The position numbers and the translations under genes are program-made. Positions 1 through 9,718 of a stretch of DNA of 34,297 nt are shown one piece after another. Source of the stretch: Candidatus Dormiibacterota bacterium (GTDB taxonomy: Bacteria; Chloroflexota; Dormibacteria; Aeolococcales; Aeolococcaceae); contig CAVPXI010000010.1 in NCBI GenBank assembly GCA_963709585.1, positions 1 through 34,297 on the forward strand, in the 5' to 3' direction. Under the pieces are notes generated by a model that saw only the letters and a program-made list of their open reading frames with translations, did not search any database and had not been told where the DNA came from. Each line of letters starts with the position of its first letter. Positions within the stretch are counted from its first letter, which is position 1.

Positions 1-765
1 AGGCCGACGTCGCGCTCGGTAACCGATCCTGCACTTGTCACACCGGACGAGCCCACCGGAGGTAAGCGCCACCGCGAGCCCTAAGGATAGGGCAGCTCGC
101 ACACCGCGGCCGAGCAGGAGTGAAGTGAACGCCCTATCAGAAGCAAGTGCGTCGAGCCACAGATCCTCCGTGTGTAGCAGCACCGACAAGAACTCGCGGA
201 GAAGCTCGGATGAATCCTCCACATCGGTGCGTGACCCGACGATCAATGAGGGTACTAAGAGGCGCAGTGCCTGACATTCCAGTGGATTTGGCTGGTTCCC
301 CTCCGATAAGTCGGCCCAGATACCTAGCGCGCTCCAAAGAGCACGGGAACTGAGTCGCCAAAGAGACAGAGGTTCCCAAGTGTCTGGGAAGTCTTGGTGG
401 GGAAGGCGTTGCGAACACGCGCGGCAATCCACGGAGGGATGCAGGGGGTTGGTACATTCGCCGAGCCGCCCAAATTCACGAGCGAAATCCAGGATTTGGA
501 CATCGGTGCCTTCGTTTAGGCGGACGAATCGGCTGAGGAGTTCGGTTGGCTCGAGCATCAGCGGGGTCGCAAAGACCTCCTGCTGGATATCAGCTGTGGA
601 CATAAGGTCCTGAAAGTGGCCAGCAATACCCAGCTGACCGTGTTCATCTGGGATCAAGGAGAGTACGGGCCAGTTCAGGGTCCGAGCCGCCAGAACCTCT
701 GGGGCGAGTTGGCCGGCGATAGATCGATCAGCCAGTTCTAGACGAACCGAGAGAGGCCTTTTCAT
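1..765 (-). CDS. Putative Zn-finger (CGNR/ABATE-like) regulator, runs off the left edge; not in the ORF track
   Basis: Manual translation from ATG 765 is open for 255 codons to position 1: MKRPLSVRLELADRSIAG...ELLSRFVRL...ILDFAREFGRLG...WEPLSLWR...LAVALTSGGLVRCDKCRIGYRARRRP. Has a C-terminal CxxC and is divergent from the xis-like gene. Confidence 0.7.
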   Translation of the reverse strand, partial: MKRPLSVRLELADRSIAGQLAPEVLAARTLNWPVLSLIPDEHGQLGIAGHFQDLMSTADIQQEVFATPLMLEPTELLSRFVRLNEGTDVQILDFAREFGRLGECTNPLHPSVDCRACSQRLPHQDFPDTWEPLSLWRLSSRALWSALGIWADLSEGNQPNPLECQALRLLVPSLIVGSRTDVEDSSELLREFLSVLLHTEDLWLDALASDRAFTSLLLGRGVRAALSLGLAVALTSGGLVRCDKCRIGYRARRRP

Positions 766-824
766 TGGTTGGATCATGGATTCTAATCAATGCAGCATCC
801 GCTGAGATCCAGCACGATCCGCTC

Positions 825-1040
825 GTGTCCAATACAACCCCGATCGATCGACGGTTGCTGACGATCAGGGAAGCGGCCGAAGCCCTCGCGATCGGGCGTT
901 CCCATGCCTACGACCTCGTGCTCAAGGGGCAAATCGAGAGTGTCGTCGTCGGCGTGCGATGCCGCCGAGTCCCTGTGACCGCGATCGATGACTACGTTCG
1001 CAAGCTGTCGACGCAGGGCGCACCGCGAGGTGGGGCATGA
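825..1040 (+). CDS. Excisionase/AlpA-like HTH_17 DNA-binding protein
   Basis: LLTIREAAEALAIGRSHAYDLVLKGQIESVVVG..RRVPVTAIDDYV is a typical xis-family pattern. Likely start GTG 825; ATGA overlap with the next gene. Confidence 0.85.
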   Translation: MSNTTPIDRRLLTIREAAEALAIGRSHAYDLVLKGQIESVVVGVRCRRVPVTAIDDYVRKLSTQGAPRGGA

Positions 1041-2360
1041 CCGACACAGCCGCCCCGGTGTCCGGCCAGCGTCAGCTCACCGAGCCGAGGGCTGAACGCG
1101 TATCGGGCAGCACAGCGCCTCCGATGGGCTCGTGGCCGGTCCCGCCCGCCGAGGAGGCTTTCCGTGGACTCGCCGGCGATGTCGTCGCCACCCTCCGTGG
1201 GCACACCGAGGCCGACGACGTGGCCCTGCTCATCTCCTTCCTTGAGATCGTGGGCTGTGCCATCGGACCTGGGCCCCACGTGTACGTAGGGGAGGCACGG
1301 CATGGCGTCAACCTGTTTGCCGTCGCCGTGGGCGACACCTCGCGAGCGCGTAAGGGCCACGCCTGGGCGTCGACGCGCGGGCTTGTCCTCGAGGCCGACC
1401 AAACGATGGCCGAGCAGATCGTTACCGGACTGTCGACGGGCGAGGGGCTGATTGAGAGAGTGCGCGATGGCATCGAAGTGCGAGAGTGGAACAAGCAAAC
1501 CAATACCTACGACACTCGGATCGATCCGGGACGCGACGACAAGCGGCTGCTCGCCGTCGAAACGGAGATGGCAAGGACGCTGGAAGTGGCCCGGCGCGAC
1601 GGGAACACGCTCTCCCACATCCTGCGCCAAGCTTGGGACGGCGACCCGTTGGACGTGCTCACTCGGAAGTCACCGATAAGGGCCACGGGCGCTCACATCT
1701 CGGTGTTCGGACACATCACAACTGAGGAGCTGCGCCGTCGAACTCGATGACGTCTCTATCGCCAATGGATTCGCCAACCGGTTCATGTGGCTTCCAGTGC
1801 GCCGTGCGCGGCAGCTAGCCCGACCCGAACCGCTGCTCGAAGCCGATAGGGCACCACTCGTGGCGCGGATTCGCGCGGTGCTCGATGCCGCTCACGGGCG
1901 CAGCCGTCTAGATTTCGATCCCGAAGCCCAGGCCGCTTGGGATGCCGCGTATCCCGCCTTGACGGCGGATCACCCCGGTCTTGCTGGTGCCATGACCGCC
2001 CGGGCGGAAGCACACGCGCGCCGGCTCGCACTTGAGTACGCACTCCTCGACAGCGACCACGCCATCCGCGCTCCGCACATCTTCGCCGCGCTCGCCCTGG
2101 TTGAGTTTGCGGACAGGGGCGTCGCCTACCTGTTCGGCGACCGCCTCGGCGACGGCACTGCCGATACCATCCTCGAGTCGGTACGACGCCGCGGCAAGGT
2201 GACTCGATCCGAGGTTCGTGACATCTTCCACCACCACGTGACCTCGTCGCGTTTGGACGTGGCCATCGCGGGGCTCGTGGCCTCCGGCGCGATCAACGTG
2301 GAGGAGGAGAGCACGAGCGGGAGACCAGTGACGGTGCTCACTTTGGGCACGAAGCGATGA
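1037..2360 (+). CDS. DUF3987/YfjI-family replication-associated NTPase with C-terminal wHTH; +1 frameshift near 1741
   Basis: Motifs VGDTSRARKG, GLSTGEGLI, LRQAWDG, HISVFGHITTEEL; continues in the next frame as LDDVSIANGFANRFMW. ORFs 1037..1750 and 1785..2360 join. Confidence 0.75.
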
Positions 2361-2365
2361 GCTAT

Positions 2366-2434
2366 CACCGCGCGAAAGGCGCGGAAAGCGCGATTAGGGT
2401 GGCTTTCGTCGCTTATGTCGCTTTTCGCGCAGTG
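2366..2434. repeat. Convergent 9-bp iteron-like repeats (3+3) forming an imperfect inverted repeat; candidate origin
   Basis: Plus strand GCGAAAGGC/GCGGAAAGC/GCGATTAGG (2372-2398). Minus strand GCGAAAAGC/GACATAAGC/GACGAAAGC (2428-2402). Outer arms CACCGCGCGAAAGGC vs CACTGCGCGAAAAGC. Confidence 0.6.
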
Positions 2435-2448
2435 GTGGGCGCTGCGAT

Positions 2449-2874
2449 ATGACTTATCTCGACGCTGCTCGCGAGGCGGTGAGGCGGCGGCATCTAGGGG
2501 CGCCCGCGCCAGAAGCGGACGCCGCGGACGGTTCACCGGTCGATGGGTCCGCCAAGTCGATCGAGCCACTGGTGGTTTCCGCGCCGCGGCGGCTCGTCAC
2601 CGACGAGCTCCGCGGCGAGCTGATCAACCATCGCGACGAATTGGTTGCCCTCGCGAGCCGCGAAGACGCAGATGCCGTCTCTTGGCGAGTGGAGGCTATG
2701 AGGGGGCAACTCCCCCCCTTTCCACGTCCGGTACCGCTACTTCTCGCTCGTCCCGACAACCCGTACGTGGCGGGTACTTGCATCTCCTGCGGTGACCCGG
2801 TTCCGGCAGCCCGGTGCGGCCCGTGCCGGGAGGCAGTGCGGCAAGTCCTTCACCATTGGGACACGAAGAAGTGA
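2449..2874 (+). CDS. Hypothetical protein with a TubC-N-like segment and C-terminal Cys4 zinc finger
   Basis: LVVSAPRRLVTDELRGELINHRDEL; CISC...CGPC; lies in the operon after the replication gene. Confidence 0.6.
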   Translation: MTYLDAAREAVRRRHLGAPAPEADAADGSPVDGSAKSIEPLVVSAPRRLVTDELRGELINHRDELVALASREDADAVSWRVEAMRGQLPPFPRPVPLLLARPDNPYVAGTCISCGDPVPAARCGPCREAVRQVLHHWDTKK

Positions 2875-2944
2875 GCGAGAAGCCTTCTCAGACTTCGCCA
2901 CAGTCCGCCCGAACTGGTATTCGCCGCGCCCTTGGGCATATGTC

Positions 2945-3869
2945 GTGAGCGTCACCGGACGCGTCTACAGTGCTACGCGGGTTCGTGGCCTCGCCGACTG
3001 GTCACCGCAGAGTGCCACCCGTGCGCTGCTGGTCCACATCGCCGCCGTCGTCGACGAGTTCGCCGACTATCTCCCGATGACCCTCCGGCAGGTCTTTTAC
3101 CGTCTCGTCGCGACACGCGACTACCCCAAAGACGAGCGGGCATCTGAACGTCTCGGCGAGACTGTCAACCGCGCCCGGCGAGCCGGACTACTCGACTGGG
3201 AGGCCATCCGCGACGATGGCACTACGCGTCTCGACCCCGAAGGGTTCAACGGCACGCCGGATTTCTTGGCGACGGTCCAAGCGTTAGCATCGGCGTACAC
3301 GCGTGACCCAGCGCCGGACCAGGAAGTTGACCTCGAGGTGTGGGTCGAGGCTGCAGGCATGGTCCCGCAGGTAGCCCGCGTCGCGGGACCTTACGGCGTG
3401 CCGGTGTTTTCCGGTGGCGGCTTCGACAGCGTCACCGCAAAGCACGACGCCGCACTTCGGATCGTCGAGCGATCGCGACGCGGTCGCCGGACGGTGGTCC
3501 TGCACATTGGCGACCACGACCCGTCTGGGTGCAGCATCATCGACAGTGCGGCCGCCGACGTCTCCAAGTTCTGTGACGACTACCACGAGCCCGAACTCGG
3601 TAACTTTCCGGCGCATTGCCGTCACCCCAGACCAGGTCGAGACGCTCCGACTCCCCACCGCGCCGCCGAAAGCCACCGATCGTCGCGGCGAACGTATGGC
3701 GTACACGGTGCAGGCCGAGGCGCTCGCCCCACCGATCTTGGCCGAAATCGTCCGCCTGGCCATTGAGACGGAACTCGATCTCGACATTCTCGATCGATCG
3801 CGCCGTGAAGGCGAAGCAGAGCGCCAGCGGCTGCTTAGTGTGCTCGCGACCTTGCCCGAGGAGCCGTGA
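2945..3869 (+). CDS. Topoisomerase VI-A/Spo11-like protein (winged helix + Toprim); +1 frameshift near 3594
   Basis: MTLRQVFYRLV (Tyr-bearing winged helix), EVWVE, VFSGGGFDS, HIGDHDPSG (Toprim DxD); continues as VTFRRIAVTPDQV...QAEAL in the next frame. Confidence 0.7.
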
Positions 3870-3912
3870 CGGTCGGGCCCCTCAACATGGTCGAGTACAA
3901 GGGGCTTCCCTG

Positions 3913-4621
3913 ATGGCGTCCGCACCTCATGGCCGCCGCACTCCGAGGAACACGCGGACGGGCCGCACCAAGGGCTACAGCCGCCAGAAGGGCGGCGCAC
4001 ATCAAGTCGCTTGGCAAGAAGATCCGATCATCCTCGACCGCATCAGGGCCGGTCTCAAGCCATGGCTGGAACGCAGGTCGCCCCTAGAGTGCCTTGACGT
4101 CGTACGCACCTACATGGCCGAAGCTCATCCGGGCGAGCCGCCAATCGGGCTACGGACGATGTACGAGGACCGGGAACGCGCCCAGTCGTTGACCGCTCAC
4201 GATCTGGAGGCGCTCAGGGCGGAACACCTTGCGGAACTCGACCACGTCATGCGACGGGGATGGGAGACGCTGGAGTTCGACGAACCCGAGCAACGCAAGT
4301 CGTGCAGCGTTGCTCGGGATGATCTCCCAGACGATCGAGCGCAAGGCCCGGGTCGATGGAACACTCGCCACGGCGCTGCGGATCGCCTCGATAGCCGTAG
4401 TTCAGTCACCGAAACCAGAGGAGCGAGCCGAGGTCGACATGTCGGACGAGGCGTTTGCGCGCATCTTGGCGGTCGCCATGGATCTGCGGGAGAGCCACGG
4501 GCTGGTCATTGACGCCGGGAACGACTTCGTCTCGCCGCTTCCTCCGTCGCTGCCGGAGCCGAACGGCAAACCGGCATCGGATGATGACGACGGCGTCCTC
4601 GACTATTACGAGCCGGTGTGA
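3913..4621 (+). CDS. HTH protein resembling a phage terminase small subunit; +1 frameshift near 4276
   Basis: IGLRTMYED (helix), LRAEHLAELDHVMRRGW...LLGMISQTIERKARVDG resembles the 'ELxRLDxL..W...L.I.ERRAKLLG' pattern of TerS-like phage proteins. Confidence 0.45.
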
Positions 4622-4921
4622 CCACATCACCACCGAGAAGCTCGACACTCGGCCGACTGAGGAGACCTACTCCGCCGCCAAGTGAAGCGCGGCCGGCACT
4701 TGGCGCTAGCGGGCGAAAAGCGCAGCCACGACGTGATTTCCACGCTCGATCCATGCACACCACTGTGTGGTGGGGGCGGGGCCGTGATTCCGACAGACTG
4801 AGGCGTGCACGGCCAACCGCACGAAGGTCGCCCTAGCGACGATCGGCGGCGATTCAGGCGACGACTCCTCCCTGATCTCAGAAGGTCGCGATCACCCGCG
4901 AGCTTCGCTAGGCTGCGCTAT

Positions 4922-5842
4922 GTGCCGATTCCCGACTACCAGTCCCTGATGCTCCCTGCCCTCCGCGTCCTCGGCGACGGCAAGGAGCATTCCCCGCAGG
5001 ACGTGATCACGCGATTGGCGGATGAGTTTCACCTAACCGAGGTGGAGAGAAAGCAGGTTCTGCCAAGTGGTCGCACTCCGGTGATCAACAATCGCGTCCA
5101 CTGGGCTGTCACTTACATGCAGCACGCCGGACTGTTGGAGAAACCGCGTCGGGCCGTCTGGCGGGTCAGCGCGGAAGGGCAGAAGTTACTCGCCGCTTAC
5201 CCTTCAGCCTTGGACGTTGGGTATCTCAAGCGATACCCGGGCTTCGCTGCGTGGCACAAGGGAGACGCCGGCGAGGGGCAGCAGGTGTCCTCAGCTCCAC
5301 TCTTATCGGGTCCCCAGGAGCCCGAGACGCCCGAGGAGGCGCTCGAACGGATCTGGGGTGCAATCCGTGGACAAGTCGCCAATGACCTGCTCGAAAGCGT
5401 CAAGGCAGGGACCTCGCAGTTCTTCGAGCGCGTCGTCGTGCAGCTACTCGTGGCGATGGGGTATGGAGGTAGCTACGCCGAAGCCGCTCAGGTGATTGGA
5501 CGCGCAGGCGATGGCGGTATTGACGGCCTTATCAAGGAAGACCGGCTGGGCCTCGACACCGTATACGTGCAAGCGAAGAAGTGGGAGGGGTCTGTAGGAC
5601 GCCCAGAGATCCAGAAGTTTGCTGGGAGCCTGGAGGGCGAGAGGTCTCGGAAGGGTGTCTTCATCACGACGTCTTCATTCAGTGCTGAGGCACGCGACTA
5701 TGTGAAGAAGATCGACAAGCGCATCGCGCTCATCGACGGGTCGACCCTCGCGAATCTAATGATCGAGCACAGCGTCGGGGTAACCACTGATCGGGAGTAC
5801 GCCATCCCGAAGGTCGATCCGGATTTCTTCGATGAGGCGTAG
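4922..5842 (+). CDS. mrr: Mrr type IV (modification-dependent) restriction endonuclease
   Basis: N-terminal PIPDYQSLMLP...NRVHWA (Mrr_N); catalytic FERVVVQLLVAMGY...GDGGIDG...YVQAKKW; TAGGCT -10 seven nt before GTG 4922. Confidence 0.93.
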   Translation: MPIPDYQSLMLPALRVLGDGKEHSPQDVITRLADEFHLTEVERKQVLPSGRTPVINNRVHWAVTYMQHAGLLEKPRRAVWRVSAEGQKLLAAYPSALDVGYLKRYPGFAAWHKGDAGEGQQVSSAPLLSGPQEPETPEEALERIWGAIRGQVANDLLESVKAGTSQFFERVVVQLLVAMGYGGSYAEAAQVIGRAGDGGIDGLIKEDRLGLDTVYVQAKKWEGSVGRPEIQKFAGSLEGERSRKGVFITTSSFSAEARDYVKKIDKRIALIDGSTLANLMIEHSVGVTTDREYAIPKVDPDFFDEA

Positions 5843-6008
5843 GGACCCCGCGCCGCAAGCACACCTGCAAGGTCCCAGGGCGCTTTGATCGTCGATACTC
5901 TTGGGTCGTGCCCGAGCGCCTTGGCGAGCTCACCGCTCAGGAGCGGCGGCGGCGCTCGAAGGCAACTGACGAGCGCGGCGGGCTTCGTGGGATATGGGTT
6001 CTAGCGCC

Positions 6009-8489
6009 ATGGCCATCAAGAAGTCCGACCTGTACGCCTCACTCTGGGCCTCCTGCGATGAGCTGCGCGGCGGCATGGATGCCAGCCAGTACAAGGACTA
6101 CGTCCTGTTCATGCTGTTCATTAAGTACATCACCGACAAGTACGGCAGCAGCAGCGACTTCGCTCCACCAGTCACGATCCCCAAGGGCGCGAGCTTCAAT
6201 GACATGCTTGCGCTCCGCGGCAAGAGTGACATCGGCGAGAAGATCAACACCGAGGTCATCGGACCGCTCGTGCTGGCGAATGACCGGTTGGCTCGCAGCG
6301 ATTTCCCCGACTTCAACGATTCCAACAAGCTCGGCGAAGGACAAGCGAAGGTCGAGCGGCTGACCAACCTGGTCAACATCTTCGCGAGCCCGCAACTCGA
6401 CTTCTCGCAGAATCGCGCCGACCACGACGATATCCTCGGGGACGCCTACGAGTACCTGATGCGGCACTTCGCCACCGAGAGTGGCAGGAGCAAGGGGCAG
6501 TTCTACACCCCGGCCGAGGTCAGCCGCGTGATCGCAAAGGTGATCGGCATCTCGCCCAGCAAGGCGAAGGCGTCGACGACCGCGTACGACCCGACCTGCG
6601 GCTCGGGCTCACTGCTTCTCAAGGTGGCTGCCGAGTCCGGCAAGCACATCACGCTCGAAGGGCAGGAGAAGGACGGGACCACGGCTGGCTTGGCCCGCAT
6701 GAACATGATCCTGCATGACTTCCCCACAGCGAACATCCTGCAGGGCAACACCCTGGCCACGCCCAAGTTCAAGGACGGCGAGGCGCTTCGTACCTACGAC
6801 TACGTAGTCGCCAATCCGCCGTTCTCCGACAAGACCTGGACCACTGGCATCGCGCCAGCGAAAGACCCGTTTAAGCGCTTTGAGTGGGGCGAGCCGCCCG
6901 CCAGGCAGGGCGATTACGCCTACCTGCTGCACATCATCCGCTCCATGAAGGGGACGGGCAAAGCCGCCTGTATTCTGCCCCACGGCGTCCTCTTCCGCGG
7001 CAATGCCGAGGCCAGTATCCGCCAGCAGCTCGTCCGCTCAGGCTACCTCAAGGCCATCATCGGCCTGCCCGCAAACCTCTTCTACGGCACAAGCATCGCC
7101 GCCTGCATCGTGGTGCTCGACAAGGAGAACGCCGCCGGCCGCAAGGGCGTGTTCATGATCGACGCCTCCAAGGGCTTCAAGAAGGACGGCCCCAAGAACC
7201 GCCTGCGCGAGCAAGACATCCACCATATCGTCGACGTCTTCTGCAAACAAGCGGACGTTCCTCGCTATGCCCGGCTGGTGTCGTTGGACGAGATCACCGA
7301 TCCGAAGAACGACTTCAACCTCAACCTGCCCCGCTATATCGACAGCTCTGAGCCCGAAGACCTTCAGGACATCGACGGTCACCTGCGCGGTGGCATCCCG
7401 GAGCGTGATCTGGACCTGCTCGGCCCGTACTGGAAGGTGCTACCCACTGTTCGCGGCGTTCTCTTCGAGTCCGCGGGCCGCCCCGGCTATGCGCGCCTGA
7501 AACTGCCGCTCGCCGATGTGAAGCGGGCCATTCTCGGCCACGCCGAATTCGCCGCCTTCCAGCAGAAGGCGACCAAGGGGTTTGCCGACTGGCGCAAGGC
7601 CATAACGCCGCGCCTTACCGGCTTCGACAAGGACGGCCACCCTAAGGCACTGATCGAGACCATCGCCGAGGATCTCCTGGCCGCGTTCCGTGAGGCACCG
7701 CTCCTCGATGTCTATGACGTCTACCAGCACCTCATGGACTACTGGGCCGAGACCATGCAGGACGACTGCTACCTGATCTCCGCCGACGGCTGGGTGAAGG
7801 GCGGCCAGCCGCGCGAGATCGTTCAGGTCAAGAACAAGGAGAACAAGCTCACCTGGCCGGAGCCGCACGATTACTTGAAGGGCAAGCGGCGCTTCAAATC
7901 CGACCTGGTTCCCGCGCCGATCCTCGTCGCCAGGGACTTCGTCGCCGAACGCGATGCCATCGAAGCGCTCGACAATCAGCTCGCTACGCTGGAGCAGCAA
8001 CTCGACGAGATGCGGGAGGAGAACAGCGGCGAGGAAGGGCTGCTCACCGAGGTGATCGAGGGTGAGGGCGACAAGCAGAAGATTGCCGCGAAGGCCGTGA
8101 AGGCGCGGCTGAAGGAGATCGGCAAAGACCCCCTCTACGCCGACGAGCGAACAGCGCTCGAATCGTACGCTGCCCTGCTGGACCAGCAGACCCAGACCAA
8201 GGCCAAGCGCAAGGCCGCACAAGAGGACCTGGACAACAAGGTCGACGCCAAGTACCCCAAGCTCACCGAGGCTGAGATCAAGACGCTGGTAGTCGACGAC
8301 AAGTGGATGTCGCGTCTATCGGCCGCCGTGCAGGGCGAACTGGATCGAGTGTCGCAGACCATCACCGGCCGCCTCCGCGAGCTGGCCGAGCGCTACGCCA
8401 CGCCGCTGCCCAAGCTCGCCGACGAGGTCGCGACGCTCGCCTCTCTGGTCGATGACCACCTTACGAAGATGGGCGTGGTATGGAAGTGA
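6009..8489 (+). CDS. hsdM: Type I R-M methyltransferase subunit (m6A)
   Basis: LWASCDELRGGMD, GQFYTP, YDPTCGSGSLL, NPPF motif IV; long coiled-coil C-terminus. Confidence 0.96.
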   Translation: MAIKKSDLYASLWASCDELRGGMDASQYKDYVLFMLFIKYITDKYGSSSDFAPPVTIPKGASFNDMLALRGKSDIGEKINTEVIGPLVLANDRLARSDFPDFNDSNKLGEGQAKVERLTNLVNIFASPQLDFSQNRADHDDILGDAYEYLMRHFATESGRSKGQFYTPAEVSRVIAKVIGISPSKAKASTTAYDPTCGSGSLLLKVAAESGKHITLEGQEKDGTTAGLARMNMILHDFPTANILQGNTLATPKFKDGEALRTYDYVVANPPFSDKTWTTGIAPAKDPFKRFEWGEPPARQGDYAYLLHIIRSMKGTGKAACILPHGVLFRGNAEASIRQQLVRSGYLKAIIGLPANLFYGTSIAACIVVLDKENAAGRKGVFMIDASKGFKKDGPKNRLREQDIHHIVDVFCKQADVPRYARLVSLDEITDPKNDFNLNLPRYIDSSEPEDLQDIDGHLRGGIPERDLDLLGPYWKVLPTVRGVLFESAGRPGYARLKLPLADVKRAILGHAEFAAFQQKATKGFADWRKAITPRLTGFDKDGHPKALIETIAEDLLAAFREAPLLDVYDVYQHLMDYWAETMQDDCYLISADGWVKGGQPREIVQVKNKENKLTWPEPHDYLKGKRRFKSDLVPAPILVARDFVAERDAIEALDNQLATLEQQLDEMREENSGEEGLLTEVIEGEGDKQKIAAKAVKARLKEIGKDPLYADERTALESYAALLDQQTQTKAKRKAAQEDLDNKVDAKYPKLTEAEIKTLVVDDKWMSRLSAAVQGELDRVSQTITGRLRELAERYATPLPKLADEVATLASLVDDHLTKMGVVWK

Positions 8490-9718
8490 AGCCTGGCTAC
8501 AAGCAGACCGAGGTTGGGGTTATCCCGGAGGATTGGAAAGAGGCCCAGGTTGACGACCTGGCTGTAAAAGTCGGAAGCGGAGTCACACCTAGAGGAGGGA
8601 ACGCCAACTACCGGGAGTCCGGCCGACCTTTCGTGCGAAGTCAGAACGTTGGATGGGGACAGCTCCTACTCGACGACCTCGTTTACATAGACGACGACAC
8701 CCACCGCACCTTCCTAGCAACGGAACTTTGTGACCTTGATGTTCTCCTGAACATCACCGGCGCCTCAATTGGTCGCTGTGCCATTGCCAACTCATACGTA
8801 GCCGGCGGCAATGTCAATCAGCATGTCTGCATCATAAGAACGGCGCCCGGACGAGTGGCCCCTCAGTTCGTTAGCTACTTGCTTCTCTCGGAATTGGGCC
8901 AGCGTCAAATTGAAAGCTTTCAGGCTGGAGGGAATCGTCAGGGGCTTAACTTTGGTCAGATCCGTTCAATCCGACTACCCCTTCCACCCACAAAGCGAGA
9001 GCAAGAAGCGATCGCGACTACGTTGAGCGACGTGGATGCGCTACTCGACGGACTGGATCGCCTGATCGTCAAGAAGCGCGACCTCAAACAGGCCGTGATG
9101 CAGCAGCTACTGACCGGTCAGACCCGTCTCCCCGGCTTCCACGGCGAGTGGGAGGTGAATACACTTGAGACGTTAGCAGACTGTCTCGATGGCGTTCGCG
9201 TGCCACTAAATGAGACACAGCGTGCGCAGATGCGAGGCGATGTTCCCTATTGCGGAGCGAATGGCGTGCTGGACTACGTCAGCGGCTACGTCATCGACGA
9301 CGACATCATCTTGATGGCTGAAGACGGTGGCTACTTCGATGAATACGCAACACGCCCGATCGCATATCGGATGAAGGGCAAGTGCTGGGTCAACAATCAC
9401 GCTCACATCTTGAAAGCGAAGTCCGGATACGACCAAGGGTTCCTCTTTCACTCGCTAGTTCACAAGAACATCCTGCCCTTCTTGGCGAGCGGAACGCGGG
9501 CGAAGCTGAACAAATCTAAAATGACCAAGATTGAGATTAGGGGCCCAGTTGACGAGGCCGAACAGACTGCCATCGCCGCCGCGCTTTCGGATATGGACGC
9601 CGAGCTGGCGGCCCTCGAAGCCCGGCGCGACAAGACCCTCAACCTCAAGCATGCCCTGATGCAGGAGCTGCTCACCGGCAAGACGCGGCTAGTTCCGGCG
9701 GGGGCGCGCGATGCCTGA
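8480..9718 (+). CDS. hsdS: Type I R-M specificity subunit
   Basis: [14 protein letters not shown]; two TRDs, each followed by conserved EQ.AIA..LSD.D...MQ.LLTG.TRL helices. Confidence 0.96.
   Translation: MEVKPGYKQTEVGVIPEDWKEAQVDDLAVKVGSGVTPRGGNANYRESGRPFVRSQNVGWGQLLLDDLVYIDDDTHRTFLATELCDLDVLLNITGASIGRCAIANSYVAGGNVNQHVCIIRTAPGRVAPQFVSYLLLSELGQRQIESFQAGGNRQGLNFGQIRSIRLPLPPTKREQEAIATTLSDVDALLDGLDRLIVKKRDLKQAVMQQLLTGQTRLPGFHGEWEVNTLETLADCLDGVRVPLNETQRAQMRGDVPYCGANGVLDYVSGYVIDDDIILMAEDGGYFDEYATRPIAYRMKGKCWVNNHAHILKAKSGYDQGFLFHSLVHKNILPFLASGTRAKLNKSKMTKIEIRGPVDEAEQTAIAAALSDMDAELAALEARRDKTLNLKHALMQELLTGKTRLVPAGARDA

Noticed and set aside
2945-3869. Wadjet system (JetD-like Toprim)
   Set aside because: No JetA/B/C SMC genes are present.
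4618-4836. 72-aa ORF overlapping the TerS-like stop
   Set aside because: Arg/Pro-rich with no motifs; cannot be supported despite the GTGA overlap.
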